DNA of 60,710 nt, filler included. It is 3 parts of 3 records of this genome, joined end to end, with 100 filler letters (N's around TTAATTAATTAA, not from the genome) between each part and the next. Parts side by side here need not be neighbours in the genome. Positions count along the whole stretch, not along the records: positions 23,573 to 49,321 come from DRR378314_2544; positions 49,422 to 60,710 come from DRR378314_2569; 1 more part is not named here. One strand, written 5' to 3'. Below the pieces are notes generated by a model. The model searched no databases, was not told the DNA's origin, and worked only from the letters and a program-made list of their open reading frames with translations. This document shows positions 48,527 through 57,491 of the stretch, piece after piece. Each line of letters opens with the position of its first letter. Position 1 is the first letter of the stretch. A program made the position numbers and the translations under genes.

Positions 48527-49278
48527 GACAGAGACCCTTATTCTGGAGTTGAGCAGAAACTCGCACGGCGCCCGAAGGCAAAAAGACTCATTAACTCCTG
48601 CGCCCAATCAATTACGATTACCGCGGTGTTATTTTGACGCGAATAGGATATTTTGGCGTTTGAAATGTGGCACAATTATGATTGCCACTCAATCTTAAGT
48701 AGAAAGCTTCAATTTACCTGCTTGCCGTGCCAGCGATTACCGGTGTCGTGGACAGAGCGAAACAAGAGGTAAATGCCGGGCTTGTTAACTTTAAAATTAG
48801 AATATAACATATTGTTTGCAATATTTAATTATTAGATACATGATGTCAGTTCAGGGCTCGATGTATTTGGGCTGAGGTTGCATATACTCTATTCTGAAAC
48901 TCCTGCGGAATTACCAACACCCCAACGATGTCCGTCTCACTCAACGTATGCGAGATAATTTTTTACCCCTCAAACGGTCGCAATGTCCCCTAATTAGAAA
49001 CAAAAAATTGTCGAATATTTTCCACCTTGATCGAGTCATCAAGCGAGTGGTTACACCCTGCGCCCCTTGCTTTCATAGGCGGTTTAAGCACCATGCAAGC
49101 ATCATATTTTGCTGTCATGCATCTGTGTTCCGCTCAAATAGAGCCCGGTGAAAAACAATTTGTCACTTCTTTGTTTCCATAGACGCAATAATAATCTTGT
49201 GTTTTGCGCGACTTTACCTCTCGCACTCACGCAAAAGCTTTGCTATTCAGCGCCTCGTCGATGCTTCGGCATCAGGTT

Positions 49279-49321
49279 GCGGGTGTGGCGAAATTGGTAG
49301 ACGCACCAGATTTAGGTTCTG
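49279..49321 (+). tRNA. tRNA-Leu(TAG), 5' portion only (contig end)
   Basis: GCGGGTG TGGCGAAATTGGTAGACGC A CCAGA TTTAGGT TCTG: acceptor 5' strand, D-arm and anticodon arm with TAG. Confidence 0.9.
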
Positions 49322-49421
49322 NNNNNNNNNNNNNNNNNNNNNNNNNNNNNNNNNNNNNNNNNNNNTTAATTAATTAANNNNNNNNNNNNNNNNNNNNNNN
49401 NNNNNNNNNNNNNNNNNNNNN
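49322..49421. other. Artificial contig spacer
   Basis: N44-TTAATTAATTAA-N44. Confidence 0.97.
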
Positions 49422-49856
49422 GATGTTGAAATAGAAATAGCTGCCCATGCCGCAGCCCGCATAGACACCGACCTGACCCTTCAGGCTTTCGGGCGTGTGG
49501 CCGGCATCCTCCATCGCACCCCAGGCGACCTCGAGGAATTTGCGGTGCTGGGGGTCGAGGATGGAGGCTTCCTTGGGGGAGAAGCCGAAGAACTCCGCGT
49601 CGAACGTGTCAAACCCCTGTAGCGGAGCCGCAGAGGGCACGTAGTTTGGATCGCGCAGCACTTCGGCACGTTCACCGGCGGCCAGCAAGCTGTCTTCGTC
49701 CTGGATCTCGATGGATTCTATGCCGTCGCGTAGATTGGTCCAGAAGGCACGGATGGAGTCGGCCCCGGGTAGGGCAACGGACATGCCGACCACGGCGATA
49801 TCGTCGGTGCTGTAGCGGTCCCGCTGTTCCGATTCATATTTTGTCATATTGCCCAT
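49422..49856 (-). CDS. Type I polyketide synthase, N-terminal ketosynthase fragment (truncated by contig end)
   Basis: DIAVVGM...PGA...FWTNLRDG...FDAEFFGFSPKEA..LDPQHRKFLE...VGVYAG. Confidence 0.9.
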
Positions 49857-50054
49857 CGTTCCCCAAGTTCGGCCTTATGCCTAACCCACTCTTTAGTACC
49901 CACTGGATGAACGCTCCCCACGTCCTGACGGTGTATCCCATGCGGACCGTATTTCACACCGTCGCACCCCAGGGCGAGTATTGCGAAACATCTTTGGCAG
50001 CGTCGGGGTTTGAATATGGCCAAATTGAGATCCTTGGCCGCGCCTTTCTCTCCC

Positions 50055-51521
50055 CTAGTCCATCACAGGTTTCAGCCGCTTTTGTCGTGGCGGCATATCA
50101 ATCTCTTGGCGGCCGCCGAATAGCGCTTTTCTAGGGGCGAAGATGCCAGGGTAAAGCTGGCGCTCCGCATAGCCCAAAAGCGCCCCGGCGCACATCCAGG
50201 TCACCGGCACCAACGTATCATTCAGCAACATGTCCATCAGGGTCGCGCCCAGAATGAGCGCGATGCAGGACACGGTTGGCGAAATTTCCCGCTCTGGCAT
50301 CTTGCGCAGCGCTAGGTAGAGTAACGCGAGCGCACCGGTCAGCAGGCCCATTTCGGCGAGATAGCCGACCCAACCGAAGCTGCCAAAGGCAATGATCCAG
50401 TGACCATCGGGGATCGACAGGATGCGACCGGTTTCGGCATCCCTGATCAGATTCCTGCCCCAGCCGCCCCAACCGAACATGGGTTTCTCTGCTGCACGCT
50501 CCAACAGAATTTCTTCGTTTTCAAACCTGTACCCCAGTGACTGTGCCCGCTCAGGGCTCAATGCTTCAACCTGCGCGAGGATGGTGTCGAGTGGAATTAC
50601 ATGCGCGTTTCGCAACACCGGGTAAATGCAACCGATCAAGGCTATGACAAGCGCAAGCCTAACCTGCACCCGATAAGACGCCAGAGCGACAACCGGTGTA
50701 AAAGCCATACCATAGGCGAGAGACGCCATGCTTTTGCAAAGGACCAGCATGCCAAAAAGGTATACGGCCGCAAAAGCAAAACGCACTTTGTTGGGTCTGG
50801 TGGCTGTACGGGCCAGCGCAATCGCCGCCAGCATTGCGCTGAACATGAACAGGGCAAGCCAAAGTGCATGTGGAAGAAACACGATGGGGCGATACCCCCC
50901 CCGTCGCACCATCTGAGCGAAGTCATGCTGGAAAAACCCATAAATCCAGATATTCATCTGCGGGCTGAACCTGATTTCGATCAGCGAGGGCACCGTGTAG
51001 ATGAGGCCGGCAATGCAGAATGCCAACAACAGGTCCCGATGCGCCTCAGGAGTGGAGAGATGGCGACGCGCGATGAAAAAGGGGATCAGCACGATGATCT
51101 GCCCGATCACCACGGAGCCAAGGTCTCTCAAGCGAAGCCCCGGCAGTTCCGAATGAAAGAACACGATCGGAGCAGAGTGCGGCACCGCCTCAAACACAAT
51201 CCGGTCAGCGTTGGTCAGCACCGTCGGAACGGCGGAGAGGACAAAGACCGCGGTTAAGACACGAAGCACCCAGGATCGCGGCATCATCGGTACTGGCTGC
51301 TTTGCGACAAACACACAGCCCGCCAGCGCCATGAGCGAGCTGATCGAGAATTTGTCCAGGTCGGGAACAAGAGGCAGGTCGAAGGCTGCAACCGGCGGCA
51401 GCAGAAGGTATCCGCCGATCAGGCATAGCAGGATGGCGCGGTGCAGGGGCAGGCGCTGAAAGAACACCAACGCCGCGACTGGCCACACCAGCAACATCAT
51501 CGTCGCAATCGCGTTAGGCAC
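50055..51521 (-). CDS. O-antigen ligase/Wzy-like multi-pass membrane protein
   Basis: About 12 TM helices; YRP..FLPHAL, SLGYRF.NE, KPMFGWGGWGR, DGHWI; GAGG RBS with GTG start. Confidence 0.7.
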   Translation of the reverse strand: MPNAIATMMLLVWPVAALVFFQRLPLHRAILLCLIGGYLLLPPVAAFDLPLVPDLDKFSISSLMALAGCVFVAKQPVPMMPRSWVLRVLTAVFVLSAVPTVLTNADRIVFEAVPHSAPIVFFHSELPGLRLRDLGSVVIGQIIVLIPFFIARRHLSTPEAHRDLLLAFCIAGLIYTVPSLIEIRFSPQMNIWIYGFFQHDFAQMVRRGGYRPIVFLPHALWLALFMFSAMLAAIALARTATRPNKVRFAFAAVYLFGMLVLCKSMASLAYGMAFTPVVALASYRVQVRLALVIALIGCIYPVLRNAHVIPLDTILAQVEALSPERAQSLGYRFENEEILLERAAEKPMFGWGGWGRNLIRDAETGRILSIPDGHWIIAFGSFGWVGYLAEMGLLTGALALLYLALRKMPEREISPTVSCIALILGATLMDMLLNDTLVPVTWMCAGALLGYAERQLYPGIFAPRKALFGGRQEIDMPPRQKRLKPVMD

Positions 51522-51639
51522 CTAATCTCGCCTCACTTAGACCTAAATCCGAGGGTAGCAGTATATGACAGCTCTGCCATATGTACCCTGCAAGAAACAA
51601 TATTTACTAACCAGCCGATGAAAAATGATCTGATGCGCC

Positions 51640-52416
51640 ATGCACTTTCTGTTTAACAATCAGCATATTGTGGTCAATGTCCCAGATGCGCGCAAGTTCT
51701 CCGTTGAAATAACGAATAGATTTCAGTGCGCTGAAGGGTTTGCGCTGGCGACCGTCAACCTCGATCACCTGGTCAAGCTGTCACGCGATGACGTGTTTCT
51801 GCGCGCCTATCAGGCGCAGGATTTCATCGTCGCGGATGGTCGCCCGATTGTCTGGCTTTCGCGGATTGCGAACCGGCCTGTTGAGCTGATGCCCGGATCT
51901 GATCTGGTCACGCCCCTATGCAAAATGGCGGCGCAGAGCGGCGTCAAGGTGGCATTGGTGGGGTCAACGGAGCCAGTTCTTGAAGAGGCGCGCACCGCCT
52001 TAATGCACTGGGTGCCGGGACTGGAGATCACCTATGTGCAGGCGCCCAGCAGGAATTTTGATCCCGAGGGGGCCGAATCTCGTCAGATCTTGACGGAATT
52101 GGCAGAGCAGAAGGTGGGCATGTGCTTTATCGCGCTTGGTGCTCCGAAGCAGGAACGCTTTGCCGCACTGGGGCGGCAATTGGCACCGCAGGTCGGGTTT
52201 GCATCAATCGGCGCGGGGCTCGATTTCGTGACCGGGGCGCAACGACGTGCGCCGCTGTGGATGCGTAGACTGGCGTTGGAGTGGTTGTGGCGCATGTTGA
52301 GCAGCCCGGCCCGCCTCGTGCCGCGTTATGCGCAGTGTTTCGCGATCCTGCCGAGACAGGTCACGCAAGCCCTGCGGATCCGGCGACAGAGGGGCGCGCG
52401 CGCTCAGGACAGCTGA
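51640..52416 (+). CDS. WecB/TagA/CpsF family glycosyltransferase (GT26)
   Basis: TVNLDH, ADGRPIVW, GSDL, LGAPKQE, GAGLDF, RAP.W...LEWLWR. Confidence 0.93.
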   Translation: MHFLFNNQHIVVNVPDARKFSVEITNRFQCAEGFALATVNLDHLVKLSRDDVFLRAYQAQDFIVADGRPIVWLSRIANRPVELMPGSDLVTPLCKMAAQSGVKVALVGSTEPVLEEARTALMHWVPGLEITYVQAPSRNFDPEGAESRQILTELAEQKVGMCFIALGAPKQERFAALGRQLAPQVGFASIGAGLDFVTGAQRRAPLWMRRLALEWLWRMLSSPARLVPRYAQCFAILPRQVTQALRIRRQRGARAQDS

Positions 52417-52424
52417 CGTGGGCT

Positions 52425-53411
52425 CTACTTGTACTCGATCAGGGCGCGATGCTTGCCGCGCGAGCGGTTGAGGTGAAACTCCACGACGCCCTGTGCCTCG
52501 GCAAACTTGCCCAGCATGCTATACCACGCCCGCCGTGGGCCATCGCGTCGGGACAGGCGCAGAAACTGCAGTGGGTAGATCAAGCTGAGCACGCCGCCAA
52601 GAAGGGGAAGCAGGGGCAATGTCAGTGCAATGAGGCCCGGCAAGACCGCCCCCCAGACCATGGCCCGCCTCGTTTCGGTGACCCAATGACACTCTGGCGG
52701 CGCACCATGCAAGTGGGCGCCCTCCGCAAAGGCATGACCTGCCCGTCGCGCCCGTTTCCACCATTGCGAAAACCGTGTCATCTGAGCATCGTGACGGGTC
52801 ATTTCCTCATCTAGTCGCCAGATTTTCCACCCCGCCTTGCGCAACCGCACACAAAGCTCAGGCTCTTCGCCCGCGATCAAGGTGTCGCGGTACCCGCCAA
52901 CCTGAAGGATCGCATCGCGGCGCATCAAAGCATCGCCGCCGCAGGCCTTGGCCTCACCGATGGGCGTATCCCACTCCAAGTCACACAGCCGATTGTAGAT
53001 GCTGCCGCTTGGGTTTTGTTCCCGTCGCCGCCCGCAAGCGACGGCGACATCTGGATGCTGTGCTAAAAAATCCGCGCCTTGCCGCAGCCAGCCAGGGTCA
53101 AGACTACAGTCGCCATCCAGAAATTGGACCAACCCGCCGCTGGTATTTGCAGACAACCGATCCAGTCCTGCGTTGCGGGCCCGCGCCGCGGTGAAAGGGC
53201 GTGACATATCAAGCGAGACGACCTCCGCCCCGCGGGCTTTTGCGGCTGCAACAGATCCGTCGCTGGAGCCGCTGTCGACATAGATGATACGCCTGACCTG
53301 TCCTGCAAGGCTGTCGAGGCAGGCCAGCAGGCGTTCGCCTTCATTGCGACCGATCACAACCGCGTCGATCTGCAGTTGCGGCGCGTCAGGGGGCGGGGGG
53401 ACGGTGCTCAT
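52425..53411 (-). CDS. Glycosyltransferase family 2
   Basis: IGRNEG, YVDSGSSDGS, ARARNAG, FLDGD, GEEPEL. Confidence 0.92.
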   Translation of the reverse strand: MSTVPPPPDAPQLQIDAVVIGRNEGERLLACLDSLAGQVRRIIYVDSGSSDGSVAAAKARGAEVVSLDMSRPFTAARARNAGLDRLSANTSGGLVQFLDGDCSLDPGWLRQGADFLAQHPDVAVACGRRREQNPSGSIYNRLCDLEWDTPIGEAKACGGDALMRRDAILQVGGYRDTLIAGEEPELCVRLRKAGWKIWRLDEEMTRHDAQMTRFSQWWKRARRAGHAFAEGAHLHGAPPECHWVTETRRAMVWGAVLPGLIALTLPLLPLLGGVLSLIYPLQFLRLSRRDGPRRAWYSMLGKFAEAQGVVEFHLNRSRGKHRALIEYK

Positions 53412-53480
53412 GACATGCGGCCTCTGTGGTGCCTTTCGGCCACCCGCACCGTCGTCAGCCTATATGGACGAAATCGCAGC

Positions 53481-56400
53481 TCAATAATCCCGCTTGAAGA
53501 AAACACCAAGCCCGGTTTCGCCCTCGCTATCGGCTTTGCCTGTGACGGTCAGGGATTTGGTAAGATCCAGGTTGATGGTCAGCTCGCTATCGCCTTCGGA
53601 CGTGATGTTGAGGTCGGTGTAGACGTTGTCTGCGAGATAGCCGCCCAGCCCGAGTTGCCCAATCCCGAGGTTATCGGCCCCGAAGTCCACGTTGTCGGCG
53701 CCGGTACTGTCCCGCAGGGCCTTCTGCGCGCCTCCTCCGCGACCGCTGAGCGTCAGGGCGGAGCTTGCCAGTCGGGCCAGAGCGAGCGGCGAGATATCCT
53801 GAATATTGTCCCCGAACAAAAGCAGGGCCAATGCTTCTTCGCTGGGGCGCGGAGGGTCGGATGTGACCTTGATTTGTGGGCTGTCCACCTGACCGGAAAT
53901 CGACAGGGTCGCGGTGCCCTGTTCCGTGTTCGCGGTGGAGGTGAACTCCAGATAGGGCTTCAGGTCTCCAAGCAGAGTGATGCGCCCTTCGTCGAGGTTC
54001 AGCCTACGGCCAAGGATGTCGAAGGTGCCGCGGATCAGGCCAATCTGTCCCGAGGGCGCCAGATTTGACGTTGTGCCCCGCACCGTGATTGCGCCGCCAA
54101 GCTCTGCATTGAGGCCGCGGCCTCGGGCAAAGATACGGTTGGGGGCGCTGATCAGCACATTGAGCGCGATATTGGTCTTGCTGCCACCGCCACCGGACCC
54201 GGTCTCGATCAGCCCGGCCCGTGCTCTGGTGGTGATCTGTGCCCTCGATTGGCCGCGATGCCGGATGGGTGGGATCGGGGCAGCAGAAACGGCACCACCT
54301 GCGGTGTTGAGGTTGATATTTGTCTCACCGACATCGATGCGCCCACCAAGGCTGCTGTTGCCGGCCAGCGCTCCGGACAGACGCAAATCGCCGCCCAACG
54401 AGGTCTTGTAGGAGAGATTGTCGGTCAAGACGACCTCTGCCAAGGAGATCTGCAAATTGCCGTTGTAAGGCGCATTGAGCGAGACCGGCCCGCTGACTTG
54501 AATTTGTCCGCCATCGCGCGGGCGCGCGCTGAGCGACAGCGTGGCAGAGCCATTGCTGAGCGAGACGCGGGTGGTGATACCATCTATTGCTTGGGCCGCT
54601 TGCGGCAGGACCAGCTGCGCGTCTGCGGTCGTCACGGTTCCGCTGACGGAGCTGAGTTGTGCCGGTCCGCGCAGGGCCAGATCGAACCGTGCCAGCCCCT
54701 TTAGCAGGTTCGGCTTCAGAAAGGCATTGGCGCCTTCAAGGCGCAGCGAGCCTTTGGCGGTGATATCCGCAACCGCCTGTGCTTCGTCCCATGTGCCCGC
54801 AATGCGAGAGTCGATCCCAAGTGGGCCATCCGCTGTGGTTTCGATGCTCCAGACGCCATTCTCTCGGCTGGCGTCGCCCTTTGCGGTGAGGACACCATCG
54901 AGGCCGGGTATCACCTGCTGCAGTTGCCGCACCATCGCATCGAAATTGATACGGGCTGATCCATCGTTCTCATTGAACTGCCCGTCCAGCGTCGCAGAAG
55001 CCCCTGCTGGCCCCGTGACATCGCCGCCGCCGTTCCACTCTCCAGTGCGGCGGGTGGCCGTGATATCTGCGGAGGCGGAACCTCCCAGGCTGGCGGTGAA
55101 AGCGCGTACATTTGCGACCTCGGCTTTCAAGCTCAGATCGACATCGCCGGAGGCTTCGGTAAATGATCCATCAAAGCGCGCCGTGCTGTCGCCGGGAGCG
55201 GTCAGATCACCTTCGGCCTGCCATTCACCGTTGCGGCGTGTGGCTGTCAGCTTGGTGGTGGCCTGCCCTTTGATAGAGGGGGCAAATTGTTCGATGCGCG
55301 CAATCAAGGCTGAGAGATCCAGATCCACAGCGCCCTGTGCTTCGTCAAACACGCCCTTGATGCGGGCCTGTGCGCCGCCGGTTGCACTGAGATCGGTCTG
55401 TGCGGTCCAGCGCCCGTCGCGGCGGGTGGCGGTGCCCTTTGCAACCAGCGGGGCTCCGGCCAGTTGCGGGGCAAAGGCCTCTGGTGCAGCGACGAAGGCG
55501 TCAAACGCAAAATCCGCCGCGCCTTCGAGGGTGAAGCTACCGTCCAGATCCATCGACGTCTCTCGCGGGCCGCGTAACTCCGCTGTCCCATCCAGCCGGT
55601 CACCTGTGCGGTCAAAATTCGCAGATAGGGTCAGGGGGCCGGGCAGTTCCGGGACGAAACGATCAAGCCGCGCGAGCCGTGCGTCCAGGCGCAAGGCGCC
55701 TTCGCCACTGTCCAGGGTGCCCTGGCCGGTGGCACTGATCTCGGTCGCCTGCAGGTCAAACTGGTCGATCCGCACACCGGATGTGTCGCGCGCGGCCACC
55801 AGTTTCAACGTGCTCTCGCCGGTCAACAAGGGGTCGATATCGGCGATCCCGGTGCCCAGGTCCTGTCCGGTCAATGCCAGATCCACACCAAAGGCGCCGC
55901 TCAGCGGTTGGAAATGGCCTGTTATATCGGCGATTGCTGACCCGGACAGCGACAGCCCGGCAATCTCGGAAAAACGTTTCAGGTCGTCGGCGGTCAGCTC
56001 AAGCTCGGTTGCAATGCGAAGGTCATTCTCGACGCCATTGAAGCGCACATCGCCGCGCGCCGCGTAGCTCTCGCCCTGTACGTCCAGATCGCGGATCAGG
56101 AAATCGGCACCCTCTTTGGTGGTCAGGCGAGCGCTCAGGCTAAGGTCGCTGCCAGTGGCGCCGGCAAGGGCGGGATCTGCCAGAACAAACCCGTTCAACC
56201 GCGCATCAATGGCCCCGTCAAGCGCAAAGCCTGCGCTTTGATCCAATGCGCCAGCCGCGTTGATGACGGCGCGGGAAATGGCCATGTCGGGTGTTCGCAG
56301 TTGGTCCAGCTCACCGTTGATCTGCCAGTTCTCGTCCGCCGGTTTCTGCAGGGTTAGGGAGACACCGGCAACAGTTGTTTCTGCACCGGGCACCGGCAAT

Positions 56401-57491
56401 ATGACAGCAGCCTGACCGTCAGGTGGCGTGATCGCAGCCTTCAGGTTTGCGGTCTGCAGGTTCCCCGCCTCCAGGGAGAGTGCTCCGGTCAGTTGCAGGG
56501 CGCGGGTGCGCAGCGCAAGGCTCTCCAGCTCCACGCCGCCGCTCGGCAAGGTGCGCCCTTTCAGATTGGCCCGCAGGCCCGGACCGAAGAACGGACGATA
56601 GGTCGGCCGTAAAAGCGGATCGATATTGCCACCCAGATCGGCAGCAAATGCCAGACCTGCGTCCGCGCCGCCGGCAACATCCGCAAGCCCGGTAAGGCTG
56701 ACAGTTCCGCTGATCCGGTCGTTGCCATTGGTCGCAAATCCAATGTCTGCGGTGAAATCCTCAAGCGGACCCGCGCCTTTGATCGCGAGGCTCAGATCCG
56801 GACGTCCGGGAATGTCCATCACATCGGACAGCAAGCCACCGGAGGCCTCTTTCAATGCAAGGTCCAGCGCCAGTTGCTCTGTCGCGTTTGAGAACGATGC
56901 CGCCAGAGAGAGTGCGTCGCCGCGCCGGTCGAGACGGGCCACACGCAGAGTGGTGTCCAGCGCACCGTCCGCAAGAGACAGGGCGCCGGTCACGGAGAGG
57001 GAGGCTTCTTGCCCTGCAAGCTCCTCGCCCAAAAGGATTTCATTTGCGGCGATTTCGCCGATCTCTAACGCAACGGGCAGGTCCGGCAGCGAGAAGGGCG
57101 TCGCCTCAGGTGTTGGCAGGTCCGGATCGGCAGGCAGGGATTTGGGGCTGCGTTCGACGATGATACGATCTGCTTTGAGGCGGTTGACCGAAAACCGCCC
57201 TCGTACCAGCGCCAACCGGTTCCAGTCGAGTTCAGCGCCTTCGACGGTCAGCCAGACGCCGTCCTCGTCCGACACTGTCAGACGGGCAATCTTGGCCTGT
57301 GAGGAGAATGCCCCTTCGAGCCCCTGCACGTTTATGGAGCGGCTGTCGCCTGATAGCGTGTCTTCCAGAAAAGAAACCAGCAACCCGCCGGATTCCGAGG
57401 CGTCTTGCTGCGCAACTGCAGACAAAGGCGTCAGGGCGGTGCAGGTGGCTAGGCCGGTGACGGTGACGAGGGTACGAACGGTATGTTTCAA
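53481..57491 (-). CDS. tamB: Translocation/assembly module TamB
   Basis: 1336 aa beta-rich; DUF490-type C-terminus (RGRGLNAELGG...GLGVFFKRDY); ATGA overlap with tamA. Confidence 0.9.
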   Translation of the reverse strand: MKHTVRTLVTVTGLATCTALTPLSAVAQQDASESGGLLVSFLEDTLSGDSRSINVQGLEGAFSSQAKIARLTVSDEDGVWLTVEGAELDWNRLALVRGRFSVNRLKADRIIVERSPKSLPADPDLPTPEATPFSLPDLPVALEIGEIAANEILLGEELAGQEASLSVTGALSLADGALDTTLRVARLDRRGDALSLAASFSNATEQLALDLALKEASGGLLSDVMDIPGRPDLSLAIKGAGPLEDFTADIGFATNGNDRISGTVSLTGLADVAGGADAGLAFAADLGGNIDPLLRPTYRPFFGPGLRANLKGRTLPSGGVELESLALRTRALQLTGALSLEAGNLQTANLKAAITPPDGQAAVILPVPGAETTVAGVSLTLQKPADENWQINGELDQLRTPDMAISRAVINAAGALDQSAGFALDGAIDARLNGFVLADPALAGATGSDLSLSARLTTKEGADFLIRDLDVQGESYAARGDVRFNGVENDLRIATELELTADDLKRFSEIAGLSLSGSAIADITGHFQPLSGAFGVDLALTGQDLGTGIADIDPLLTGESTLKLVAARDTSGVRIDQFDLQATEISATGQGTLDSGEGALRLDARLARLDRFVPELPGPLTLSANFDRTGDRLDGTAELRGPRETSMDLDGSFTLEGAADFAFDAFVAAPEAFAPQLAGAPLVAKGTATRRDGRWTAQTDLSATGGAQARIKGVFDEAQGAVDLDLSALIARIEQFAPSIKGQATTKLTATRRNGEWQAEGDLTAPGDSTARFDGSFTEASGDVDLSLKAEVANVRAFTASLGGSASADITATRRTGEWNGGGDVTGPAGASATLDGQFNENDGSARINFDAMVRQLQQVIPGLDGVLTAKGDASRENGVWSIETTADGPLGIDSRIAGTWDEAQAVADITAKGSLRLEGANAFLKPNLLKGLARFDLALRGPAQLSSVSGTVTTADAQLVLPQAAQAIDGITTRVSLSNGSATLSLSARPRDGGQIQVSGPVSLNAPYNGNLQISLAEVVLTDNLSYKTSLGGDLRLSGALAGNSSLGGRIDVGETNINLNTAGGAVSAAPIPPIRHRGQSRAQITTRARAGLIETGSGGGGSKTNIALNVLISAPNRIFARGRGLNAELGGAITVRGTTSNLAPSGQIGLIRGTFDILGRRLNLDEGRITLLGDLKPYLEFTSTANTEQGTATLSISGQVDSPQIKVTSDPPRPSEEALALLLFGDNIQDISPLALARLASSALTLSGRGGGAQKALRDSTGADNVDFGADNLGIGQLGLGGYLADNVYTDLNITSEGDSELTINLDLTKSLTVTGKADSEGETGLGVFFKRDY

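Noticed and set aside
48781-48810. CtrA box upstream of the dynamin operon
   Set aside because: GTTAACTTTAAAATTAG does not give an exact TTAA-N7-TTAA match; too weak in AT-rich sequence
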